IMG/VR virus record: IMGVR_UViG_3300045971_000344
Coordinates: 124,001-188,000 of that record
Strand: one strand, 5' to 3'
DNA length: 64,000 bases
The translations under genes and the position numbers were made by a program. Shown piece by piece: positions 22,005 through 31,441 of the stretch. A model generated the notes under the pieces. It did not search any database, was not told the origin of the DNA, and worked only from the letters and a program-made list of their open reading frames with translations. How positions within the stretch are numbered: the first letter of the stretch is position 1; every line of letters starts with the position of its first letter.

Positions 22005-23909
22005 TTAGTGTCCTATTGCGAGCCAAAATCCATTTATAGCTGATCCTGACCATGAACTGGGATTCCAAGTAAAATTGGCCTGTGTTAGTAACCCAACAGA
22101 TGCCCAGTTAACATTTATTGGGGTTGCGTCTTGATTCATGGTTATCATTACGTTCATGCAGTTAATAGGAAAAGATAAGTTAAACGGAACAGTGTGCTTA
22201 ACGTTAGACATAATAAACGTTCCCCACTGTAAGATTATACCATTTCCTAGGTCTAACCAGCCGGAGGTTGAGCCATCTCCAACTAAGCTTCCAGGTATAT
22301 TTGATTTTAATACCCCCGTAGCGTCAATAGCGAGTCTTGAGGTTGTACCTATTGCTACAAGCCCAGGAACTGTTGGAGTAGCGATAGGTGTAGCAAACTC
22401 AGATAGCTTTTTACCTCCAATCATTTCGGCATTTAGCCCAGTTTGGAGCAGTCCGTTATTTACAGGTATATCTCCGTAAATATCTACGCTATTAACGGTT
22501 CCTATAACCTTATCTGAAGTGTGATGACCGTCAACCATATCAGCATTAATTGTACTAGTATGACCAAGGTCAAGATTTATATTACTAAAGTTATTTACAC
22601 GATCCCAGGATGCCCCGTTCCAAACAATCCAGTCCCCTATAAGATACGCGGTTCCATCTATGGTCCCTCTTACAGAGATTACCCAATAATGTCCTTGTCG
22701 AAGGTTTTCCCAATAGTAAGTAACTGGGTATTGAGGAGGAGCGGTACCGTTTGACGCGTCCCAGGTTCCCCTATATAGTAAATAAGGAAGCTCGGTATTA
22801 TCTACTTTATCCCAAATACCACTTCCCGAGTATACAAGCCAATCCCCCACCTGGTAACAAATACCTTGAATAATTCCTGAGGTCCCTATTACCCAATACT
22901 GACCTCTCAAAGGATTAGGTGGATACCCTTGAGTTGCATCCCAACGAGATTGATAGACGAGTCCGGAGGTATCTTCGAGTCGGACTGCTGTCCAGATCAT
23001 TACCCTTGACGTTGTATCCAGGTTTGTTACTTGAATAGGAATACTTGCGGCAGCGGCTGTATCACAGGCAGAACTTGTGGTAGGACTAGTCGATGAGCTT
23101 ACGGTTACACTAAAATCTTCATAGAGAGTCTCAAATGCCAAGGTCTGTGGGTTATATCCTACTGCTCTACACTGAGTACGCCCGGTACCTTGATATACAT
23201 AGACAAAAGCAAAGTCAATCAACTCAGGTGGAATGTTTGTTACGGGCGCGCCTATGAGCTGAAAGCTATTATTGGCCAGAGGTTTTACGAGCCCATCATA
23301 ATAAAGACTACCATTTAGTAAGCCCCAGGACATTGGACCCGTATCAGTAACAGCGTATCGAGTAAGCATAGAAGGCCGAATCCGACCACCACTAGAAAAT
23401 CCGTGATTTACTATGTAAGCATTATCGCCCGTACGTTCTGGGTTAGGAAGATCTCCATAGTAATTAACTCTAGGCAAGCTCATTGTCCATGTTAAGGTCA
23501 GATCCACGGCTGCACTTATGTAAGGGCTCAGACATATAGCATGGGTTTTAAACCTTACATTTGGTTCCTTAATAAACGGGTTAGGATAGCAACCTAAGGC
23601 TAACAAGACCTCAGTTGATCCGTCCATAAAGTACAAACCTATTTCTCCAATTGCTACCGCGGATAGTCCTAAGTGTTCAGGGCATATACATAAAAAGTCC
23701 AGATGCTCACCGGTAATTGCATCCACATTTGAGATCAAGCCTGACCATAGAGTATTACCGTGTAACCCAGTATCCCCAGCGGTTGGCTTATAACCTGTAC
23801 CGTCCCCAAATTTCACATTAGTAACAGAGAATTTATACCCCTTAGAATGTGCATCTACTATTTTATCGTACCCGATCTTTGTTAGTTGTAATGACGGCAT
23901 GCTAAACAC
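22005..23909 (-). CDS. Tail fibre protein (baseplate-anchor N-terminus, lectin-like C-terminal tip)
   Basis: LTKIG...VKFGDG...IGEIGLY...LLA anchor; two G.W...G.....GDW repeats; GWLDLGNGIILQWG...FP..C...FWLAIGH tip. Confidence 0.8.
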   Translation of the reverse strand: MFSMPSLQLTKIGYDKIVDAHSKGYKFSVTNVKFGDGTGYKPTAGDTGLHGNTLWSGLISNVDAITGEHLDFLCICPEHLGLSAVAIGEIGLYFMDGSTEVLLALGCYPNPFIKEPNVRFKTHAICLSPYISAAVDLTLTWTMSLPRVNYYGDLPNPERTGDNAYIVNHGFSSGGRIRPSMLTRYAVTDTGPMSWGLLNGSLYYDGLVKPLANNSFQLIGAPVTNIPPELIDFAFVYVYQGTGRTQCRAVGYNPQTLAFETLYEDFSVTVSSSTSPTTSSACDTAAAASIPIQVTNLDTTSRVMIWTAVRLEDTSGLVYQSRWDATQGYPPNPLRGQYWVIGTSGIIQGICYQVGDWLVYSGSGIWDKVDNTELPYLLYRGTWDASNGTAPPQYPVTYYWENLRQGHYWVISVRGTIDGTAYLIGDWIVWNGASWDRVNNFSNINLDLGHTSTINADMVDGHHTSDKVIGTVNSVDIYGDIPVNNGLLQTGLNAEMIGGKKLSEFATPIATPTVPGLVAIGTTSRLAIDATGVLKSNIPGSLVGDGSTSGWLDLGNGIILQWGTFIMSNVKHTVPFNLSFPINCMNVMITMNQDATPINVNWASVGLLTQANFTWNPSSWSGSAINGFWLAIGH

Positions 23910-23935
23910 CTCTATTTAGTTATAGAATTAACAGG

Positions 23936-24298
23936 TTACTCAGGTTCAACCATGTCCTTTGGAGCGTTTGTTCTTATATTGTTTATTTTTGCCTTCATTT
24001 CCAAGCCTTTAGGGTCCTGAGGGTCGTTAGCTAATCTCCAAAGAGCTTCTAGCTGGTCCGTAATAGGAGGATATTCCAACACTCTTCGTCTTATATATAC
24101 AGGAGTAGAATTTATAGGCGTAAAGGTGTAAACAACTTTATTGTCCACAACTGAAGCAAAACTTGAGTGTTTACTAAAATACTCATATTCCTCTGGATTT
24201 AAAATAATTTCGTCAGGACCTAACTTAGGTAAGATTTGACTTAGTTCTAAGATCTCAGTCTCTATTCGTCTATCTAAAAATTTTACTAAAAATAACAT
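23936..24298 (-). CDS. Probable tail fibre chaperone
   Basis: RRRVLEYPPITDQLEALW...KINNIR..APK motif; lies between two fibre genes. Confidence 0.6.
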   Translation of the reverse strand: MLFLVKFLDRRIETEILELSQILPKLGPDEIILNPEEYEYFSKHSSFASVVDNKVVYTFTPINSTPVYIRRRVLEYPPITDQLEALWRLANDPQDPKGLEMKAKINNIRTNAPKDMVEPE

Positions 24299-24316
24299 AC
24301 TTTCTCCTATTTTGGA

Positions 24317-26806
24317 TTAATACTCTATTAAGACCGCGCCATCTGCACCATTAGGATTATTTTGAGTAGTATCTCCAGAGTCAATACAGTTACCTGCATT
24401 AGTAGCACCTGTTATCGTTCCACCAGCTACACCTGGTATATAATACCCACCATCTGTACCAACAGTAAGAATAGTATCTGTAGTTACCCTACTATATATT
24501 GAGGAATTAAGATCGTAACTCCCTCCAAAAGGTCCTGTAAGTGTATTATTTAAAACAGGACATAATCCACCAAAGGCAGCTACATCTTCATTAAAACTAG
24601 AGACTTGTCCGGATGTTCCTCTTATAGTACTATTAGGCTGACCTCCGGTTCCACCTGCACCAACAATTACTTTATAGGTTTTACCCGGGATAACTAGATA
24701 TTTAAGTTTTCCTATATAGCCCCCACCTCCACCACCATAGCTATGCCCACGTCCTTGGTTTGATCCATCAATAGTATCATACCAATAAACTTGTCCACCA
24801 CCACCGATTAAAGAGACTATGCAGTAATTTGGGCCATCAATAGGTGCTGTCCAGTAGTAAGTTCCAGCTATTTTATATAAGGTAGATAGTCCTGCTAGTG
24901 CTTGAGTATTAATGTACCAAGTAAACTTAACCCAGCCGTCCTTTAAAGTAAGTCCAGAAAGAGCAGTTAGCCCATCAGGTACATTTACTGCGCTCGGGGT
25001 GTCTAAAATAGCTTTTGTTCCGACCTTACTTGGTCCATCCATATAAGGGTCGTATCCTCGTTCATGTCCACCTACAGTTACACCAGCTTTTCCTAATAAA
25101 GCAAGTCCATTTGTTCCGTAGTGTATTAAACCTACACCTGGTATTCCTGGGTTTGCCGAGCTAGGTAGTTCACCTGAAGTACATTCTAATAGTTCTGTAA
25201 GTTTATAACTAACTTTTGTAGACTCCCCAGGTAAGCCGTAACCAACGTTATTCTTTCCTGCATAACCACCTTGTGTACCACCTTTTCCAACTATCACAGT
25301 CAATTGTTGAAAAAACTCGTAATTAATGGCGTTCAACCCTGTAAAATTAAGGTTCCATATTCCTCCTCCAGGACCGCCAGGTATTGCATAAGTACCATAG
25401 TCATTATCATGTAACCCTCCAGAGCCTCCACCTGCACCTAAAGAATCTATTAATATGGGTTTACTATGATCTATATTTTCAGGTATGGTCCAATTATATG
25501 TACCATTGGTAGACCAAATCATAGTTTCAGTTGTACCTTGATTTAGGAGTCTCAAAATTTCATACCAATGATGATTATCTAGCATATCTGAATTTTCAGA
25601 GTATAAAGCTAAATCGGCTACATCTGAATGGCCTGAGTTTAAAACCTTTGTATTTACAACATCAATCATTATTTCAGCTAAGTGCTTATCATCAAGTAAA
25701 TCCGAGTTTAGATTCGTATTTATTATCCCATTACTAATTGGAATATGGTCAGTATCATTACCGGATTGTCTACCATTTAGCTTTACCGCATCACCTGCAC
25801 TTAGCTTATACCAATTGGTCTGGCCTTGATAAACCATCCAATCGCCTGGATAGTAAAGTGTACCATTAATGGTTGCAGTACCAGTTGATATAAAGTAATC
25901 ACCTTTAACCACAGATAAAACTGGATAAGCATTTGTTATACTTGGATTGTACGTCCCTCTGCTATTCATACCTTCGGAGATTATCGCCGCCTCTGCCCAG
26001 ACGACCACTCTTGAAGTACTGTCCAAAGGAATAGTAAATTCCGAGACAATGTTAAACTCAAGAGTAATTTGATTGAACCAGGTTGCTTTAATCTGTCCCT
26101 CACCTGCTCCTACATAAACATAAACAAAAGCGAAAGCTAGATAGGCAGGGTCCATAGCCCTTATAGGGGCATCAGGCAGATTATACGTAGTAAGTCCTGT
26201 TGACTCAATGGTGCCCTTATAATAGTGAAATCCGTTTACCAAACCCCAGACCATTAATTGTTCTTGTTCTAGAATATAACGTACAACCAAAGTGGGCTTT
26301 ATCTCTGTACCGGCCACATAGTACAAACCTTTGTTTATAATTACTGCGTTATCCCCGGTTGTCTGCGGACTGGGTAGTAATTCATAAGTATCTAGACGAG
26401 GAAGACTCATGCTCCAATTAAGAGTAGTCTGGAGTCCGTTTACAAGCGAACCTGTCTGGCACAAAGCATGCATCTTGAAGCGAATGTCCACGCTCTTTAC
26501 AATTGGATAGGGTAAGCAAGCAATAGCATACAAATGGTCATCGTTTGTATAGAGAGCTATTTCTCCAATTTCAACTGAAGAGGAATCTACATACTGAGGA
26601 TAAACGCAAAGAAAATCCGCTATGGCCTCACTTAAAATATCTAAGTTTGCGATTGGACCACCCCAAAGTATAGAACCACTTAAACCTGTTGTTGCTTGAG
26701 TAGGAACGTAATTTGTTCCAGTTCCAAATTTAACTGTAGTTACGTTTAACTTAGTTCCACTGTCAATCGCATCTTTAGCGTATTGACTTAGTATCATTAG
26801 CGACAT
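24317..26806 (-). CDS. Second tail fibre protein with glycine-rich C-terminal domains
   Basis: First ~370 aa are paralogous to 22005..23909; two GTY.WT.P...GGGG...VIVG.GG.GG modules. Confidence 0.8.
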   Translation of the reverse strand: MSLMILSQYAKDAIDSGTKLNVTTVKFGTGTNYVPTQATTGLSGSILWGGPIANLDILSEAIADFLCVYPQYVDSSSVEIGEIALYTNDDHLYAIACLPYPIVKSVDIRFKMHALCQTGSLVNGLQTTLNWSMSLPRLDTYELLPSPQTTGDNAVIINKGLYYVAGTEIKPTLVVRYILEQEQLMVWGLVNGFHYYKGTIESTGLTTYNLPDAPIRAMDPAYLAFAFVYVYVGAGEGQIKATWFNQITLEFNIVSEFTIPLDSTSRVVVWAEAAIISEGMNSRGTYNPSITNAYPVLSVVKGDYFISTGTATINGTLYYPGDWMVYQGQTNWYKLSAGDAVKLNGRQSGNDTDHIPISNGIINTNLNSDLLDDKHLAEIMIDVVNTKVLNSGHSDVADLALYSENSDMLDNHHWYEILRLLNQGTTETMIWSTNGTYNWTIPENIDHSKPILIDSLGAGGGSGGLHDNDYGTYAIPGGPGGGIWNLNFTGLNAINYEFFQQLTVIVGKGGTQGGYAGKNNVGYGLPGESTKVSYKLTELLECTSGELPSSANPGIPGVGLIHYGTNGLALLGKAGVTVGGHERGYDPYMDGPSKVGTKAILDTPSAVNVPDGLTALSGLTLKDGWVKFTWYINTQALAGLSTLYKIAGTYYWTAPIDGPNYCIVSLIGGGGQVYWYDTIDGSNQGRGHSYGGGGGGYIGKLKYLVIPGKTYKVIVGAGGTGGQPNSTIRGTSGQVSSFNEDVAAFGGLCPVLNNTLTGPFGGSYDLNSSIYSRVTTDTILTVGTDGGYYIPGVAGGTITGATNAGNCIDSGDTTQNNPNGADGAVLIEY

Positions 26807-26819
26807 TTGTCTTCCTTTC

Positions 26820-29183
26820 TTATGCAGGTATTACAGGAATGAATAAGCGTTGAGGGCAGGTAACACAGGTTCCTAAATCAGTGGCAACCCAGTTACCTAT
26901 CTTTACAGGGGTAGGATAATTGATGGTGGAGCCGTCACAGATAAATGGTATTAGCTCGCATTCTTCGATCTCACTTGCCGCTGGTCCGATATCAGCCATA
27001 CGGATCAGACTAAAAGTAAAATCATATTTAACCTCTTTTATATAAATTACATGGTTTGACTGAGCTAAGTCAGTATAAAGTTTTGTTATGTTTCTCCAAT
27101 TAGGAATAACGTCTACCGTATTATTTATATTTACAGTATGTTCTTTCTCTTCTGTCCAATAATTGGTATTGCTAATAGCATTAAGATTATTGCTTATAAG
27201 GGATCTATAAAGACCGGTATTGTATAAAACGGTATCATTGGTATTGTAACTCGTTATATCGCTATAGGCTCCTAAATAAGGGTAGGTAATAGCATCTTCT
27301 AAGTTTGTTCCTATTAGGTCCTTATGGTCCGTCCGGTATAGATACACATGGGTCGTCTTATAATAACCTTTACCTGTAAGGTTATTTATATATAGTAAGG
27401 TACAGTTGTCCAAAGAGGTTCCAAGGTCTTCATCAATTTCCCACATGCTAGAAGCAGAGGTACCAGACTCATACTCATAAACATATAAGGGTCCATCATG
27501 TACCTGAGGGTGACGGACTGTTCTGATTGGTATTGTAGACCCAGATAACGGAATTATATCTGAGTATTCTAATTCCATATCACCCTTTAAGTCAGTGGGC
27601 TTTACTTCCGGACTCATAAGTCTATATCCAGGAACAAACTCCACAGGTTTGTACCAATCCACCTTGAGCCAATTTGAGTTTGTATCCAAAGGTTCATCCA
27701 TTGTTTCGCCCAAAAGGTAGGTCCAAAAGAATGAATTGTGGTAAACAATCTCTCCATGCTTATATTTTGTTCCACTTACCCAAGGTACAAACTCAGCGTT
27801 ATCTATAGTAGACGTAAGAATCCAACTAGGTTCCTCTTTGGATGGTCTATGATTAAGATTAGTATCAGTCAGATTAGTCCAATACCAACCGTCACAGAAA
27901 ACGCTGTCACCTTGCTTATACGAGTTTATTGATTTCCAAACACCTAAATAATTTTGATTTACTGTTCTGTCGTATCTTACGAGCAGCTCTTTATCAGTAA
28001 AAAATTGTATATAGTCATTGGTATAAAGGTATTCTGTTCTCCACGCTATCTTAGAGGTATCTGATACTGAGTATCTCCTAGGGATAGTTGGATCTAGAAA
28101 AACCTGTTTATTTACTATAAAATTCAAAAACTTAAGGTACGTAGGTGTTCCACTGCTTTCAATATACTGGCACAAATAGGGAGTGTAAGTATACAGTCCA
28201 GCAGGGTCAATAAGAGTCTTTCCATATTGTGCGAAGTTAAACCCAAGCATTTCAGCAGACTTTTGAAGCACATCTATGTCTGTCTCTATACTTAGATTTC
28301 TAAGATTTCGGAATTTAACCATAGGCATGTCAATTCGTTCTAACATTACCTCATCAATTGCCGAAATGTAGTCTTCTACAAAAGGTGTCTCAAGAGAAAA
28401 CCCAGGAACAAGTTTTCTTCTAGTTGACTCTACGGTCCATAAGGAAAATTCTGACCAGCGTTCGCTCCACATTTGACCAAAGAAAGGTTCGTACTCATCT
28501 ATAAACTGATTGGAAGACCCATCATAGCTCGAGGTACAGACGTATAACTTATCGGTAATCTGTACAATTTCGTCCTTTAGATAGGACCTACCATTTACCC
28601 ATCTCCGAAGAGCGTTATTTATAACAACACTAGGTTGGTACTCCCAGTAGGTTTCCCAATTTGTGCCATAATCGGGGAGAGTGCTCTGTATGGTTGTCAA
28701 CCCATAGCCTATGGTAGTATCAATAGAATTAGCAACCTTACATTTAAAAACCTTAGACCCGTGGACTACAAGATCATTTACTTGAAATGAAGTAGAAGAA
28801 TAGAATGAGGAAATAGTATTTCCCTTTTCTATGAGTCTGCTCAAGTCTAAGTTAAAGACGTCTATGCTAAGATCTATACTAAATTGCTTATTGTTAGATA
28901 CATGCCCGCACTTACAAATAAATGGTAAGCTTCCATAAGTAATAAGGTCACCTGTAAAATAAGGAACGTTGGGTAACCATCTACTTACTCGAAGATATGA
29001 ATTTCTTACCCAGTTATTTGAAATAAAATCACTTATAAAGGTCGTAGCAAAGTGTGTAGTCCTACACTTATATTGCTGACTCTCATACAGAACTGTCTCA
29101 CCCTCGAAGTATTGAGCATTAACATATAGTCCAGTCAATTCATCTAGGACCTGTGATACCCAAGCTTTTATCATTAGTGTCAC
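26820..29183 (-). CDS. Baseplate wedge subunit (gp7/P2 I-like position) with carbohydrate-binding-module-like repeats
   Basis: Follows the gp6-like gene; LRNL...LQKSAEMLGF...SGT core; about seven W....Y..GD.V.Y....Y.C......W repeats. Confidence 0.65.
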   Translation of the reverse strand: MTLMIKAWVSQVLDELTGLYVNAQYFEGETVLYESQQYKCRTTHFATTFISDFISNNWVRNSYLRVSRWLPNVPYFTGDLITYGSLPFICKCGHVSNNKQFSIDLSIDVFNLDLSRLIEKGNTISSFYSSTSFQVNDLVVHGSKVFKCKVANSIDTTIGYGLTTIQSTLPDYGTNWETYWEYQPSVVINNALRRWVNGRSYLKDEIVQITDKLYVCTSSYDGSSNQFIDEYEPFFGQMWSERWSEFSLWTVESTRRKLVPGFSLETPFVEDYISAIDEVMLERIDMPMVKFRNLRNLSIETDIDVLQKSAEMLGFNFAQYGKTLIDPAGLYTYTPYLCQYIESSGTPTYLKFLNFIVNKQVFLDPTIPRRYSVSDTSKIAWRTEYLYTNDYIQFFTDKELLVRYDRTVNQNYLGVWKSINSYKQGDSVFCDGWYWTNLTDTNLNHRPSKEEPSWILTSTIDNAEFVPWVSGTKYKHGEIVYHNSFFWTYLLGETMDEPLDTNSNWLKVDWYKPVEFVPGYRLMSPEVKPTDLKGDMELEYSDIIPLSGSTIPIRTVRHPQVHDGPLYVYEYESGTSASSMWEIDEDLGTSLDNCTLLYINNLTGKGYYKTTHVYLYRTDHKDLIGTNLEDAITYPYLGAYSDITSYNTNDTVLYNTGLYRSLISNNLNAISNTNYWTEEKEHTVNINNTVDVIPNWRNITKLYTDLAQSNHVIYIKEVKYDFTFSLIRMADIGPAASEIEECELIPFICDGSTINYPTPVKIGNWVATDLGTCVTCPQRLFIPVIPA

Positions 29184-31024
29184 CTATCCGTTATTGAAGT
29201 ATTTATTATCAATAAATTTAAGTATAAGTATTCAGGTGCAACAGGAAATCCGAAGCTATCGATCTTTGCTAAACTAGGTTCAAGATCTGAATCCAATAAA
29301 GGGGTAGTTGTATACGAGTTTCCAGCTATTGAAACCAATTTGAATATTTCACAAGAGTCGTAGTCAGATCCAAGGTTATCAGATAGAGCCTTTGAGATAT
29401 CAGTTACTCTTACCTTTTTACTTAGCATGGGCTTCGTAGTAGCAAAGATAGAATAAATAATTGTCTCCGCACTATTCTTTACGATTGCAGGGTCTGAGTA
29501 TGTACCACACTTAAGGTCAACTTGAATCTCAATTGTTTTCTTAATTGGTTCTTGAACTCTAATAGTACACGCATAAGTACGTTTTACTAACCATGCTGTA
29601 AAGACCTCTTTTTCTTGGGTGTTCCAGGCTAGTCCAGATTCAAGTAGAACAGATATCCAAAGGGTATTATAGAAAGCTGGGTTAGCGTTCTCTATTACTT
29701 CATAGTAATCTTTTCCATTATACACTCCAGCAGAAATCTCATTGTTTATAACGTACTGAGGTTTTTGTATTTTGGTTGTCCTAACCAAGTCCTTTTCATT
29801 TCGGACAAGTACATCAGAAACCCCTGGATAAGATGCAATTATTTTGGCTTGATCTTGAGGCGTTATTGCCTTATTATCTGCCCTCTTTAAGCCGGGACTT
29901 AACAGCTTATAGTATTCTGCTGACTTTTCATTCGTACCTGTTGAAGGAGTAGTTATTTTCCAATTACCTACCTTCAAAACCTTATCAGTAAAAGGTGAAA
30001 CTATAGAAATCGTTGCCACGTTACCTAAGGTACCTATGATAAGGGCTAACCCACCGGTCGAGGACTCAAGCTGGAGCCCTACAAAAGACGTATCCCAGTT
30101 AACATTTAAAGGCAGATAGGCTTGTGTTATTGGAGACATTATATTTGCCAATGTGATGGCTGACAAACTAAGAATACTACTTAAAGTAACTTTTTGTTCT
30201 TTTGTTACAGCCCCTTCTAAGACGTACCCATTTAACTGGATCATAGATGCAACTTGGCTGTTATTGGCGATCAGCGTTTGCTTTGCTCCTAAGGTCTCTA
30301 CGTAGGTAACTACAATTGAAGAGCCTTGGGCTGGAATGTTACCATTCATTCCATTACCAAATTGAATCTCAACATCACCGTTGCCTAGTGTTAAGTCAGA
30401 TACTATATTTTCGAGACCATAATTCCATAAACCATCTTGAATAGTTCTCCATTCAACTCCATCAATAGTTATCTTAAGATCTATATCAGAAATACTCATT
30501 GGGCTCAGCGAAGGTAAAACAAAACGCTGAAAGGCTGTACCATCACTCTTATAGGTCTTACTCATAACCTGACCTTGATAAAGATACACTCCGGTCAATT
30601 CATTGGAATAGTTCAAATAATTTAAAGTCACCCTGTTAAAAAAGGGTATCGCTTCATTTATATAAAACTGAGTATAGGGGCCAACTATTAAGGTCTCGCG
30701 GGCAGGTAAATTTACTTTATTCACCCTGTTTATTTTACAGAGCTGTATACCTGGGATTTTTCTAGAGATTCTAATTCCTAGCATAGCTGCTGCCGCATAG
30801 ATCGAGCTATCATTGTGCGCACTTATAGGAAAAGCTTCTTTGAAAAGTCGTTCTAATGTCCATTGGTCAAACGTAGATACCGCAGAGTTGAAATGAATTA
30901 AAGTTTCTCCCCCTGAATCAGAATAAATATCTTTCCAGCTCGATCTATTCCTTAGATTGTCTTCTAGTTGTCGCGCTATTGACTCAAAATCTGGTTTAAC
31001 GTTTGAAAGCATAGGAATATTCAT
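29180..31024 (-). CDS. Baseplate wedge protein (T4 gp6/P2 J-like)
   Basis: PDFESI...L...W.D, SSIYAAAAMLG, IQFGNG..G.IP, AITPQD...YPGV; adjacent to gp25. Confidence 0.85.
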   Translation of the reverse strand: MNIPMLSNVKPDFESIARQLEDNLRNRSSWKDIYSDSGGETLIHFNSAVSTFDQWTLERLFKEAFPISAHNDSSIYAAAAMLGIRISRKIPGIQLCKINRVNKVNLPARETLIVGPYTQFYINEAIPFFNRVTLNYLNYSNELTGVYLYQGQVMSKTYKSDGTAFQRFVLPSLSPMSISDIDLKITIDGVEWRTIQDGLWNYGLENIVSDLTLGNGDVEIQFGNGMNGNIPAQGSSIVVTYVETLGAKQTLIANNSQVASMIQLNGYVLEGAVTKEQKVTLSSILSLSAITLANIMSPITQAYLPLNVNWDTSFVGLQLESSTGGLALIIGTLGNVATISIVSPFTDKVLKVGNWKITTPSTGTNEKSAEYYKLLSPGLKRADNKAITPQDQAKIIASYPGVSDVLVRNEKDLVRTTKIQKPQYVINNEISAGVYNGKDYYEVIENANPAFYNTLWISVLLESGLAWNTQEKEVFTAWLVKRTYACTIRVQEPIKKTIEIQVDLKCGTYSDPAIVKNSAETIIYSIFATTKPMLSKKVRVTDISKALSDNLGSDYDSCEIFKLVSIAGNSYTTTPLLDSDLEPSLAKIDSFGFPVAPEYLYLNLLIINTSITDR

Positions 31025-31029
31025 TTTTA

Positions 31030-31419
31030 TTATCCTCTGGATAGACTTAAAAAGCTTGTTATTATTTTTCCATTAAAACCATTTATTAATACCAAACGTA
31101 CATCAAAACATTGTGCCAAAAGATTGGCAGTTATAGTTGTGTTCTCAAAGTCAAAGGTGCATCTATTTGCTTGTTTAGCGATATCAGCCAATGCGAGCTT
31201 TATCTGAAATGCGGTAATTGCGTCCAAAGGATCTTGAAGAAGTCTCTGTAAAGAAGAGCCTATATTAGGACGAAACGGACGTTCACCTATATTATCCGCG
31301 TCCTTTAAAGTATTTAGAATATTAAGAAATCCTGCCAATACTGCATCTTCATCGGTTATAATAAAAGTTGTATCTTCTAAACTTTCATAGTATAAATTTA
31401 TATCGGTATAAATATTCAT
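31030..31419 (-). CDS. Baseplate gp25-like sheath initiator
   Basis: YTDINL...D.DAV...NILNT...GERPFRPNIGSSL..LLQDP. Confidence 0.9.
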   Translation of the reverse strand: MNIYTDINLYYESLEDTTFIITDEDAVLAGFLNILNTLKDADNIGERPFRPNIGSSLQRLLQDPLDAITAFQIKLALADIAKQANRCTFDFENTTITANLLAQCFDVRLVLINGFNGKIITSFLSLSRG

Positions 31420-31441
31420 CGCTACTACCCCTGTTGTTTAT

